Part shown: piece after piece, positions 17,175 to 26,836 of the stretch
How positions within the stretch are numbered: the first letter of the stretch is position 1
Layout of the letters: every line of letters begins with the position of its first letter
Assembly (NCBI GenBank): GCA_050178385.1
Contig: JBFXGD010000028.1
Coordinates: 1-29,253, forward strand
Length of the DNA stretch: 29,253 nt
Reading direction: 5' to 3'
DNA from: Calditrichaceae bacterium
Lineage (GTDB): Bacteria; Calditrichota; Calditrichia; Calditrichales; JBFXGD01
Notes under the pieces: generated by a model
Told to the model about the DNA's origin: nothing
The model's input: only the letters and a program-made list of their open reading frames with translations
Databases searched by the model: none
Made by a program: the position numbers and the translations under genes

Positions 17175-19387
17175 TGATTTCTGGTTACGATGATTTAAAT
17201 GATGTTCAGTTAGAAGCAGTTAAAGCCACGGACGGACCTGTTCTTATTCTTGCCGGTGCGGGCAGCGGGAAAACCCGGAGCCTTACTTACCGTATCGCTT
17301 ATCTTATTAATGAAAAAAAAATTAAATCTTCCGAAATTCTCGCCGTGACATTTACAAATAAAGCAGCCAGGGAGATGAAGGAAAGGGTAGAGAAACTGCT
17401 TGGATCAAATATTACATCATTATGGATTGGCACGTTCCATAGTATTTGCGCGCGAATTCTTCGCGCCGAATCCGATCAACTCGGATTCTCAAACAGCTTT
17501 ACTATCTACGATTCCGATGATCAGGTAAGAGCCCTGAAAAAAATCATAAGCATTCTGAACGTTCCGCAGCAATTATATTCGGCAAAGATGATTCAAAGCC
17601 GTCTTTCGCGAGTCAAAAATCAATTTCTTTTTCCGGATGATCTTGATTCGGAGTCAGGTGACGGTCTGGATGAATATCTTCCTCAGATTTACCGCGAATA
17701 TCAGAAGTTTCTTAAAGAAAACAATGCCATGGATTTTGATGATCTGCTTATAAAGCCGATTGAATTGTTCGACAAAAAACCTGAAATAAGAAAAAAATAT
17801 TCAAATAAATTTAAATATGTTCTGGTTGACGAGTACCAGGATACCAATCGCGCACAATATCTTTTTATAAAGAAGCTGGTTACCGGACACCGCAATCTCT
17901 GTGTTGTCGGTGATGAGGATCAGTCCATTTACGGCTGGCGCGGCGCTGATATCTCAAATATTTTAAATTTTAATAAAGATTTTAATGACGCGAGAATCTA
18001 TAAACTCGAAGAAAACTACCGTTCAAATGAGAATATACTCCTGGCTGCAAATGCAGTCGTAGGGCATAACACGGAACGTATTGGTAAAAACCTGTGGACA
18101 CGACGCAAAAAAGGGGATAAAATAACCGTATACGCGGCCCAGAACGATATGGATGAAGCAAAAAGGATAGTTGATGTTGTCCATGAAGAAATGTACACAA
18201 AAAAGAGAAGTTTTAGTGACATCGCTGTATTATACCGCACAAATGCACAGAGTCGTGTCATAGAAGATGAACTTCGCAGGAATGCAATTTCCTACATCAT
18301 TATCGGCGGCGTAAAGTTTTATGACCGAAAAGAAATTAAAGATATTATCGCCTATTTAAAACTGATTGTTAATCCGGCCGACAGTATCTCATTGAAGAGA
18401 ATTGTAAATTTCCCTTTAAGAGGAATCGGTGATACAACCATATCGAAAATCGAAAAATTTGCTGAAATCGAAAACATCAGTTTATTTAATGCCTTGGGAC
18501 GTGTAAAAGAAATTTCTTCAATTTCCCCGGCTATGGGCGGGCGGGTCATCGAATTTTATAATTTAATTTCTAATTATATAAGTCTCAAAGAAGAGTTGTC
18601 CACCATTGAACTCGCTTCCACTCTGGCGTCAGAAACAGGGATTCTGCATCACTATCAGACAGAATATGATCAATATGAAAGTGAAAGTAAAGTCGCTAAT
18701 ATTAAGGAACTTTTTCAGAGTATCGAGCAGTTTACAGAAGAACGAATAAAAAACAAAATGGAAAGCAACCTTGCTTCATTTCTTGAAGATGTAAGTCTTA
18801 TGACTGATATCGATTCATGGAACAATTCGAACAATGCCGTCACTTTGATGACATTGCATGCTGCCAAGGGGCTTGAATTTCCGGTTGTATTTATCACGGG
18901 GATGGAAATGGGATTACTGCCGCTTCAGCGAAATTCCGCTGACATCAGTGAACTCGAAGAAGAGAGACGTCTATTATACGTGGGTATGACCAGAGCTGAG
19001 GAAAATTTATATCTTAGCTTTGCCCGATCCCGCCGTAAATATGCGAGCTTTGTTCAGTGTACACCGTCCTTATTCCTTGATGAGATACCAGTGGAACTGC
19101 TCAGCTATACACCGGCCTCCCGGGAAGCGCTTCCCCAGAGATCTAATCGCGGAAAAGCGCGCAGAAAAAAAATTCAATCATACTTTGAAACCGCAGACGA
19201 AAATCAAACGGTTGATGATACATATAAAGTGGGACAGGAGGTATATCATTCCACTTTCGGAAAAGGAAAAATCCTGAATCTCGAAGGTGCCGGAGACAAG
19301 ATGAAAATAACGGTTCATTTTCAGGATGAAGGTATCACTAAAAAATTAATTCGCCAATATGCTAACCTGAGCCCGATTGAAGGTTAA
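17174..19387 (+). CDS. pcrA: ATP-dependent DNA helicase PcrA/UvrD
   Basis: LAGAGSGKTR, VTFTNKAA, GTFHS, VDEYQDTN, VGDEDQSIYGWRGA, LEENYRS, LYRTNAQSR, MTLHAAKGLEF, EEERRLLYVGMTRA, C-terminal Tudor-like V.HSTFGKG. TAATG overlap with mltG. Confidence 0.97.
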   Translation: MISGYDDLNDVQLEAVKATDGPVLILAGAGSGKTRSLTYRIAYLINEKKIKSSEILAVTFTNKAAREMKERVEKLLGSNITSLWIGTFHSICARILRAESDQLGFSNSFTIYDSDDQVRALKKIISILNVPQQLYSAKMIQSRLSRVKNQFLFPDDLDSESGDGLDEYLPQIYREYQKFLKENNAMDFDDLLIKPIELFDKKPEIRKKYSNKFKYVLVDEYQDTNRAQYLFIKKLVTGHRNLCVVGDEDQSIYGWRGADISNILNFNKDFNDARIYKLEENYRSNENILLAANAVVGHNTERIGKNLWTRRKKGDKITVYAAQNDMDEAKRIVDVVHEEMYTKKRSFSDIAVLYRTNAQSRVIEDELRRNAISYIIIGGVKFYDRKEIKDIIAYLKLIVNPADSISLKRIVNFPLRGIGDTTISKIEKFAEIENISLFNALGRVKEISSISPAMGGRVIEFYNLISNYISLKEELSTIELASTLASETGILHHYQTEYDQYESESKVANIKELFQSIEQFTEERIKNKMESNLASFLEDVSLMTDIDSWNNSNNAVTLMTLHAAKGLEFPVVFITGMEMGLLPLQRNSADISELEEERRLLYVGMTRAEENLYLSFARSRRKYASFVQCTPSLFLDEIPVELLSYTPASREALPQRSNRGKARRKKIQSYFETADENQTVDDTYKVGQEVYHSTFGKGKILNLEGAGDKMKITVHFQDEGITKKLIRQYANLSPIEG

Positions 19388-19460
19388 AGATATCGGAGGC
19401 AATACAGAATTTTTAGCCAATTTATTTGGTGTGAGAGTCCATTTTATTAAACGGAAATAT

Positions 19461-22400
19461 ATGAAGAAATTTTATATCTGTATTTTGTTATTCATGGCGA
19501 TTACCCCTTTATTTGCCCAGGGTGAATCTGAAAGTAGTGATTTTTCCTACGCGGTCAAATTGTATAATCAGGAATTTTATGATTTAGCGGCCCAGCAGTT
19601 CATAAAGTTTTATAATAATTACCCCAACAGCTCAAAGATCGATGAGGCAAAATATTATTCAGGTGTTTCTTTGTTTAACCTGAAGGATTATTATCAGGCC
19701 CGTATTGAATTTCAGTCACTGGCGCTTGAGTTTCCCAAAAGCACTCGGGCAGGGGAAAGCTGGTTCAAGATCGGAGAATGTTATGAAAAAACAGGTAAGC
19801 CTTCGGAAGCTGTAAAAGCTTATGAAACAATTAAAGTACTGTATCCCGAACATCCGCTGGCTCCAAATGGACTCTATCTTGCCGGAAATATCGGTATCGA
19901 GCGCGAAGAATATGAAAAATCTTATCAGAATTTTTCTTCCATTCTTGAGAGATACTCTGAATCCGGTTTTTATTACCCGGCTATGGTTAAAGCTGGATTA
20001 TGTCTTGCCCGGCTTGATGATCTTGAGAAAGCTAAACAGTACCTTCAGAAAGCGCTTGATTCGAAGCCGGATGAAGCGGTGTCCGCAGAAGCGAATCTTA
20101 TACTCGGCAGGATAAATGCAGGCCAGGGATATTATACGGATGCCAGAAATAGATTTTTGACCGTCATAAATAATTATTCGAAGTCACCCCAGGTCAGCGA
20201 AGCGATTAAAGAAATTTCAAAAATATATATCCAGGAGGGTGATTATAACAATGCCCAGATTTACCTGACAAAGGGGCTGAAAGATAAGGTATCCGCTGAA
20301 AATTCGGATAAATTGAGATTTCTGCTGGCTGATGTTTATTATCTCAACGGAAAATTTGCTCTGGCTGAAAAAGAATATGAGCAGATCGGCCATGTTAAAA
20401 ATGATTCACTTAAGCTAATACTGAGCTTTAAAAAGGCGTTGGCAAAAAAGAAACAAAGCCTCATCACTCAGGCAAACGAATTGCTTGGGAACGCTCTGAA
20501 AGAGTTTAATAATAAAAACTCTGGCCTTTATTCTGCTATTTTTGATATTTATATCGACTGGCTTAAGGATGGACGAAAATACCGCCTGGCTATTTCTATG
20601 CTGGGGGACCGAATCAACAAGATCGATCTTCTCGAGCAGCGCATTAAACCGACAAACCGCCTGGTAGAATTTCTAATAAAAACAGAACAATGGCATGATA
20701 TTATTCGCTTGCTCCAACCGTTTTTATTGATTCAGGATAATTATCCCGAAAAGGATGATGTCTACTACTCTCTTGCTTACTCATTTGAAAAAATATCAGA
20801 TTATTCTCAGGCGGCATACTATTATAATCAACTGATCACTAATTTTCCAGCGAGTTCTTATTATTCCGATGCTTTGCAGCGCATTGATTATCTGAGAGAT
20901 TACAGTCTGATTGATCAGAATGTCGCAGTGTCAAAACTGGCCGGTTTAATTGGCACTTTTCTTAACGACAAGAATGATCATTTACAATTTGAATTGGGAA
21001 AAATTTATTTTAATGATCTTAAGGATTATAACAGCGCTGAGAATCAATTTAAGCAGGCTCTTGTAAATGATACCGCGAAAGCAGGGGATCTTTACCTGTA
21101 TTTGGGAAAAACTCTTCTGAAAAAAGCTTACCGGAGAAACCTGACGAGCGACGAGACCTTGTCCTATTTAAGAAGCGCCAACGGATTTTTTACAAAATCG
21201 ATCGAGAATATATCAACTTGTTCAAGACCTGATGAAGCTTCATGGTTGCTTGTCAATACAAGTGTAAGCATTGATACTCTTCCGCTGGCCAAAGAAAAAA
21301 ATTATATAGAAACTCTTATAAAAAAATATCCAGCCAGTAAACTCATAGAAACCTGGTACAAAAGCCTTGCGTTCGATCTTGCCTTTGATCCTGCTTTTCA
21401 AAAGGACTCTATAAAATATTTTGAGTTACTGATCAACAATTATAGAAATTCTGATGATTACTCGGCCTATCTTTATGGGTACGCCAGGTTAATGCAGGAA
21501 AAAAATAAGGAAAATGCCATCAATTTCTATAAAAAAATAGCATCTGATTATGCGCATGAAAATGAGGCGGCTGACGCGCTTCACGAAGTCGCGGCTTACT
21601 ATGAAGAGAAGGCTCAGTTTAAAGATGCGAATACGCTTTATAAAAATCTTCTTGATACGTACTACTATTCGGATGCGGCGGTTGATGCAAGACAAAAAAT
21701 CGGAGCGATTTATTTAAAGGCCGGATCATATCAGGAAGCGATCGATGCACTGAACAAACAAATCCATTCACCATTCATAACTGATTACGTTTTAAGTAAA
21801 GAGTTCCTGCCGCAGACGCTTTACAGTAATGTCTTTTTCCTGGCGAAAGCTTACGCGGGCCAGGGAGAGTATAAAAGAGCTCTTGAGAATTATAAATTCT
21901 ATCTGAACCTGGCCGCGAATGGCGCATTAAGAGACGATGCCAGATTTGCAATGGGTGAGATATATTATTCCAAAAACCAATTCAATGTTGCATTCGATAA
22001 CTTTATCCTCGTTTCGCGCGAAGATACTGATCTGTATGTCAGGTCACGAATGTACGCCGCCGAAATTCAGTTCAAAAACGAAGAATATAAAGAAGCGGCA
22101 GCTAATTTTAATGAATTGTCAAAATTGCTTCAGGGTAAAGATGCCGAGAGTGATGTTTCCGGTAAATATATTATATGTCTTATCCGCGACGGAAATTTAG
22201 CCGAAAGTGAAAAGGCGATCGCGGCGTTTAAAAAGAATTTTAATAAATCGGATCACTTTTTCGCTCAGTTTACTCTGGAATTTGGAAAATATTATCGTTT
22301 GAACAAAGATTTTAACAAGGCTATAAAATACTTTGAACAGGTCAAGAAAAAATATAAGAATTCCGAATCTGTCGATGATGCGGATTATTTTCTGGCGTTA

Positions 22401-23084
22401 ACATATCTGACGCTGAATAAACACGAAGATGCTTTAAAAATTTTAAGTAATTTCTCATCAAATTACCCAAAAAGTGAGCTTCTTTCAGCGGTTTACAACA
22501 CCCTCGGAACAATATATTTCCGATCCGAGAAATACGATTCCGCCATAGCCGTTTTTAAAAATTCCCTTGAATTGTCGCCGGATCCGAATCTCGAAGTACA
22601 AATTATGTCGAATCTGATTAAAACTTACAGCCTTACAGGATTCTGGGATGCAGCTCAGGGATTGGCGAGACAATATGTTGAAAAATTTCCGAATGCGGAC
22701 GATATTCTTGATAAAAAAATCTTAATCGGGCAGGCATTTATAAATTTGAATCAGTTCCAGACGGGTGTGGAATATCTCAAGAAAATAAAACTTGAGGCCG
22801 ATAGTGAGAGAGAGCCGGAAATTCAGTTTTATATTGGTGAAGCTCTCCTGAAAGCCGGACAATATGAAAGCGCGATCGCAGAGTTTGTAAAGATCCCGCT
22901 TCTTTCAAAAAAGACAAAATTGCAGTGGGAGGCCAGCGCCCTTTATTACTCCGGGCAGGCCTATGAAAAGTTGGGCAGGATTACCGATGCTGTTCGTATG
23001 TATCAGGAAATTGTAAACCGGCCGGGAATAGATCTTATTCTAAAAAAAGATGCTGAAAAAAGAATCAAACAGATACAGGGTTAA
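19461..23084 (+). CDS. Large exported tetratricopeptide-repeat protein (~1207 aa)
   Basis: Signal peptide MKKFYICILLFMAITPLFA-Q at ATG 19461 (the ORF-track TTG 19377 overlaps pcrA). Many TPR units with the CpoB/BamD-type 'F...YP.S....A.Y..G' pattern along the length. Confidence 0.88.
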   Translation: MKKFYICILLFMAITPLFAQGESESSDFSYAVKLYNQEFYDLAAQQFIKFYNNYPNSSKIDEAKYYSGVSLFNLKDYYQARIEFQSLALEFPKSTRAGESWFKIGECYEKTGKPSEAVKAYETIKVLYPEHPLAPNGLYLAGNIGIEREEYEKSYQNFSSILERYSESGFYYPAMVKAGLCLARLDDLEKAKQYLQKALDSKPDEAVSAEANLILGRINAGQGYYTDARNRFLTVINNYSKSPQVSEAIKEISKIYIQEGDYNNAQIYLTKGLKDKVSAENSDKLRFLLADVYYLNGKFALAEKEYEQIGHVKNDSLKLILSFKKALAKKKQSLITQANELLGNALKEFNNKNSGLYSAIFDIYIDWLKDGRKYRLAISMLGDRINKIDLLEQRIKPTNRLVEFLIKTEQWHDIIRLLQPFLLIQDNYPEKDDVYYSLAYSFEKISDYSQAAYYYNQLITNFPASSYYSDALQRIDYLRDYSLIDQNVAVSKLAGLIGTFLNDKNDHLQFELGKIYFNDLKDYNSAENQFKQALVNDTAKAGDLYLYLGKTLLKKAYRRNLTSDETLSYLRSANGFFTKSIENISTCSRPDEASWLLVNTSVSIDTLPLAKEKNYIETLIKKYPASKLIETWYKSLAFDLAFDPAFQKDSIKYFELLINNYRNSDDYSAYLYGYARLMQEKNKENAINFYKKIASDYAHENEAADALHEVAAYYEEKAQFKDANTLYKNLLDTYYYSDAAVDARQKIGAIYLKAGSYQEAIDALNKQIHSPFITDYVLSKEFLPQTLYSNVFFLAKAYAGQGEYKRALENYKFYLNLAANGALRDDARFAMGEIYYSKNQFNVAFDNFILVSREDTDLYVRSRMYAAEIQFKNEEYKEAAANFNELSKLLQGKDAESDVSGKYIICLIRDGNLAESEKAIAAFKKNFNKSDHFFAQFTLEFGKYYRLNKDFNKAIKYFEQVKKKYKNSESVDDADYFLALTYLTLNKHEDALKILSNFSSNYPKSELLSAVYNTLGTIYFRSEKYDSAIAVFKNSLELSPDPNLEVQIMSNLIKTYSLTGFWDAAQGLARQYVEKFPNADDILDKKILIGQAFINLNQFQTGVEYLKKIKLEADSEREPEIQFYIGEALLKAGQYESAIAEFVKIPLLSKKTKLQWEASALYYSGQAYEKLGRITDAVRMYQEIVNRPGIDLILKKDAEKRIKQIQG

Positions 23085-23108
23085 TAATTCCACTAAAAGG
23101 GAGACATC

Positions 23109-24446
23109 ATGCATAGATTCAAATTTATGATAGCGGCCTTATTTATCCTTTTTGGTTTAATCGCCTGTTCGGGTTCAAAAAAGTCCGGAGAGATTGAAGT
23201 TCCATTTGAAAATAATCAGCTGAAGCAAGATGTTGAAAATCTGCAGAAAAAAATAAAGGATAATCCCAATACCTTGGAATACCGCAGGCAATTGGCCACT
23301 CTTTTGCAACAGAACGATAGAGGGCTGGATGCTCTGCAAGTTCTTGAGCGTGGATTTGCGATAGATCCGAATGATGCTGAAACAAAATTTCTTTATGCTG
23401 AAATTGCGTTGGATTTGGGTGATAATCTGAAAGCGTTCAGAGCATACAAAGATGTATTACAAAGCTCTGACGGAGATGCTTATCTTGACAGGGTCGCTCC
23501 GAAATTTGCCGATGCGTTTCCCCTTACGAAATTGATTGGGACAGATGCCAATGAAGCATTTGGGACATTTTCCGCTTCAGGGGACAAAGTTGTTTATCAA
23601 TCAGACCAGAACGGAAACTGGGATATTTATGAATATGATATAGCCAGTACAAATATCACTCAGCTGACTAATTCTCCCGCGCACGAAGAGAATCCTGTCA
23701 TGTCGCCGGATAGTAAAGAAATTATGTATACATCAACTCTGGAAGATCATCGGGATGTTGATTATGACCAAAAACTTAGAGATATATTTGTAAAAGATCT
23801 TGCAACGGGTCGTGAAAGGAATTTGACAACTAACGGATCAAACGACTGGCGTCCGCGATATTCAGCTGATGGCAAATTGATCGTATTTATTTCTGAAAGA
23901 AACGACCTTCGAAATGTTCCGTTCTATGAGCTCTATGGTGATGTCTTTCTTATGGAAGGGGACGGGAAATTTCAGAGAGCGTTGACAAAAAATTCTCAAA
24001 ATAACGGCGGAGCATGTCTGACGAACGGAAGCACAGAGGAAAAAGGCGTCATTTATTTTGATTCAAACAGAAGCGGAGCTTACGAAATATATAAGATGGA
24101 TGCGAAGGGCGCTAAAGCAACCCAGATCACGTTTAATGCCAATTCAAACGAAGTCTCTCCGGACGTGTCATCAAGAGGGGATAAAATCACCTTTTTTTCC
24201 GACAGGAACGGGAATTATGAAATCTATTTAATGAATAATGACGGCTCAGCAGTTCAAAGGCTCACATCGAATATTGCAGATGACTTGAATCCCGTGTTTT
24301 CACCCGACGGAACTAAGATAATCTTTCATTCAAACCGCGGCGGAAATTTTGATATCTATATGCTCGATCTGACTCAGGAAAAAAGTACTCCGGCTTTATA
24401 TGAGCTTATTTCACGGATCGACAAAGCCATTGAAGCTCTTCAATAG
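23109..24446 (+). CDS. Lipoprotein with an N-terminal TPR region and a TolB-like (PD40) beta-propeller
   Basis: AAGGGAG RBS; lipobox LIA-C; TPR helices; repeated P.(F/Y)S.DG..I.F.S.R.GN.(D/E)IY blades. Confidence 0.88.
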   Translation: MHRFKFMIAALFILFGLIACSGSKKSGEIEVPFENNQLKQDVENLQKKIKDNPNTLEYRRQLATLLQQNDRGLDALQVLERGFAIDPNDAETKFLYAEIALDLGDNLKAFRAYKDVLQSSDGDAYLDRVAPKFADAFPLTKLIGTDANEAFGTFSASGDKVVYQSDQNGNWDIYEYDIASTNITQLTNSPAHEENPVMSPDSKEIMYTSTLEDHRDVDYDQKLRDIFVKDLATGRERNLTTNGSNDWRPRYSADGKLIVFISERNDLRNVPFYELYGDVFLMEGDGKFQRALTKNSQNNGGACLTNGSTEEKGVIYFDSNRSGAYEIYKMDAKGAKATQITFNANSNEVSPDVSSRGDKITFFSDRNGNYEIYLMNNDGSAVQRLTSNIADDLNPVFSPDGTKIIFHSNRGGNFDIYMLDLTQEKSTPALYELISRIDKAIEALQ

Positions 24447-24461
24447 ATAATGATGTAATTA

Positions 24462-24496
24462 AAAAAAACCCGGTGCAATTTTCACCGGGTTTTTTT
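24462..24496. terminator. Strong intrinsic terminator, potentially bidirectional
   Basis: AAAAAAACCCGGTG, 7-nt loop, CACCGGGTTTTTTT perfect inverted repeat just after the TolB-like gene. Confidence 0.9.
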
Positions 24497-24497
24497 A

Positions 24498-24526
24498 TTG
24501 AATATCTGAGTTCAGGATTGTATTTT
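24498..24526 (+). promoter_or_regulatory. Putative sigma70-type promoter for the helicase-exonuclease pair
   Basis: TTGAAT (24498-24503), 17 nt spacer, TATTTT (24521-24526), immediately after the terminator. Confidence 0.45.
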
Positions 24527-24559
24527 CAAACAATGTAAATTATCAGGATTGCCCAAATA

Positions 24560-26836
24560 ATGAACCTCCCGCAACTAATAGAATATTTGTCCGAAGATCA
24601 GGATTTTCAAAAAAATATCACCAAATGGACAGTCATAAATGAACGCCCTGCCGTCTATGAAAACTTCCCGGAAAATCTACATGAAAAATTAAAGGAAGCG
24701 CTGTTAAAAAAGGGTATCCGTCAGCTTTATTCACATCAGGTCGAAGCCTATAACCAGGCCAGAGAAGGAAAAAACGTGGTGATAGTCACTCCGACCGCTT
24801 CCGGAAAAACGCTCAGCTATAATCTCCCTGTATTTGAAACGATGCTCAAAAATACAGAAGCGCGGGCATTGTACCTTTTTCCAACCAAAGCTCTTTCACA
24901 GGATCAGGTCAAAGAAGTCCAGGATCTTGTTGACCTTGTTGATTCGGGAATTAAGTCGTTTACTTTTGATGGTGATACTCCCGCCGATATCCGCCGGACA
25001 ATCAGATCCGCCGGTCACCTTGTCGTCACAAATCCCGATATGCTTCATCAGGGTATTTTACCGCATCATACCTTATGGATAAAATTGTTTGAAAATTTAA
25101 AATTTATTGTTCTTGATGAAATTCACGCCTACCGTGGTGTTTTCGGGAGTCATCTTACAAATATTCTAAGGCGTTTAAAAAGAATTTGTGAATTTTACGG
25201 GAGCAATCCTCAATTTATCTGCTCAAGCGCGACGATTGCAAATCCGCAGGAGCTGGCTGAAAAATTAACGGGAGAACCGGTGACGATAATTGATAACAAT
25301 GGTTCCCCTTCAGGTGAAAAACATTTCTTATTTTATAATCCGCCGGTCATAAACTATGACCTGGGACTTCGAAAATCTGTTGTCTCCGAAGTCAGGAATG
25401 TCGTGAGAAAACTGCTCCCCACGGGAGCTCAGATTATCGTGTTTGCCAGAAGCCGTTTGCGTGTCGAAATACTCGTTACCTATATAAGAGAGACCGCGGC
25501 TCAACTAAAAATTGATCCAAATAAAATACGCGGTTATAGAGGCGGATATCTTCCGAGAGAAAGAAGAGCTATTGAAAAAGGCCTTAAAAATGGCTCGATT
25601 CAGGTCGTGGTCAGCACTAACGCGCTTGAACTGGGGATTGATATTGGGCAGCTGGATGTGGCCGTTATGGCCGGGTATCCCGGATCAGTCGCCAGCACAT
25701 GGCAGCAATCGGGAAGAGCCGGCCGCAGGCAAAGTCTTTCAATGGCAATTCTGGTGGCGTCAAGCGCGCCTTTAGATCAATATATCATTGAACATCCGGA
25801 TTACTTTTTTCTCAAAAATCCGGAAACAGCCCAGATTGATGGTGATAATCTGCCGATTCTAATGAGTCACCTTAAATGCTCCGCGTTTGAACTGCCGTTC
25901 AATGAAAAAGAGCGATTCGCGAATGATATAACAACCCATTTACTGGATTTTCTTACAGAAGAACGTGTATTGAGAAAAACAAACGGTAAGTATTTCTGGA
26001 TGAGCGAAATATACCCTGCCGATGAAGTAGGACTGCGTAACGCTTCAGCGGAAAATGTTGTGATTATTGATACGAGCGATCAAAACAGGGTCATTGGAGA
26101 AATTGATCTGTTTTCTGCCCCTGAAATTGTTCATAAGGATGCAATTTACATACATGACAGTGTACAGTATCATGTGGATGAATTTGACTGGGATGAACAG
26201 AAAGCCTACGTGCATAAAGTAAATGTTGATCATTACACTGACTCGATCACAAAAACGGATTTAAAGATTCTTGATATTCTCGAAGAAGGGAAAGATAGAG
26301 AATTCGGATATGGCAAGTTCTATGGTGAAGTCGCGGTAACGAGAGTCACAACAAGCTACAAAAAAATAAAATTTCATACCCATGAAAACATAGGGTTGGG
26401 TAGAGTATATCTGCCTGAAATGGAGATCCAGACAACCTCGCTCTGGTGGGAGTTTCCTGATGATCTGTTCATCGATCCATACTTTAAGGAATCCGTTATC
26501 GGTGATGGCTTAAAAGGCATCGCCTATACATTACAAAATCTGATTCCGCTGTATATCATGTGTGATGTTTCAGATATTTCGGTAATCCCTATGGTAAGGG
26601 CTCCTTTTAGCGGAAAGCCGACCATTTATGTATATGATAAATACCAGGGAGGCGTGGGATTGAGCAGGAAGCTTTACGCGATTGACCGTACAGCGTTGCG
26701 GGCGGTAAACGAACATATTCAGTCGTGTCCGTGCGCGAACGGCTGCCCGTCCTGCACCGGTCCAACTATTGAAGGTGGTATTTTTGGTAAAAAAAGCGCG
26801 ATTAAGATATTAAATTTATTATCCCTGAATGAATGA
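24560..26836 (+). CDS. mrfA: SF2 DEXH helicase with C-terminal DUF1998 (MrfA/YprA, SftH, Hrq1-like)
   Basis: YSHQ, TPTASGKT, FPTKALSQDQ, TNPDML, DEIH, SATIAN, TNALELGIDIG, QQSGRAGR; C-terminal MCD...YD..GG.G...CPCANGCPSC cysteine cluster. Confidence 0.9.
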   Translation: MNLPQLIEYLSEDQDFQKNITKWTVINERPAVYENFPENLHEKLKEALLKKGIRQLYSHQVEAYNQAREGKNVVIVTPTASGKTLSYNLPVFETMLKNTEARALYLFPTKALSQDQVKEVQDLVDLVDSGIKSFTFDGDTPADIRRTIRSAGHLVVTNPDMLHQGILPHHTLWIKLFENLKFIVLDEIHAYRGVFGSHLTNILRRLKRICEFYGSNPQFICSSATIANPQELAEKLTGEPVTIIDNNGSPSGEKHFLFYNPPVINYDLGLRKSVVSEVRNVVRKLLPTGAQIIVFARSRLRVEILVTYIRETAAQLKIDPNKIRGYRGGYLPRERRAIEKGLKNGSIQVVVSTNALELGIDIGQLDVAVMAGYPGSVASTWQQSGRAGRRQSLSMAILVASSAPLDQYIIEHPDYFFLKNPETAQIDGDNLPILMSHLKCSAFELPFNEKERFANDITTHLLDFLTEERVLRKTNGKYFWMSEIYPADEVGLRNASAENVVIIDTSDQNRVIGEIDLFSAPEIVHKDAIYIHDSVQYHVDEFDWDEQKAYVHKVNVDHYTDSITKTDLKILDILEEGKDREFGYGKFYGEVAVTRVTTSYKKIKFHTHENIGLGRVYLPEMEIQTTSLWWEFPDDLFIDPYFKESVIGDGLKGIAYTLQNLIPLYIMCDVSDISVIPMVRAPFSGKPTIYVYDKYQGGVGLSRKLYAIDRTALRAVNEHIQSCPCANGCPSCTGPTIEGGIFGKKSAIKILNLLSLNE

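Noticed and set aside
19377..19460. ORF-track start of the TPR protein at TTG 19377
   Set aside because: It overlaps pcrA and would bury a clear signal peptide that begins at ATG 19461.
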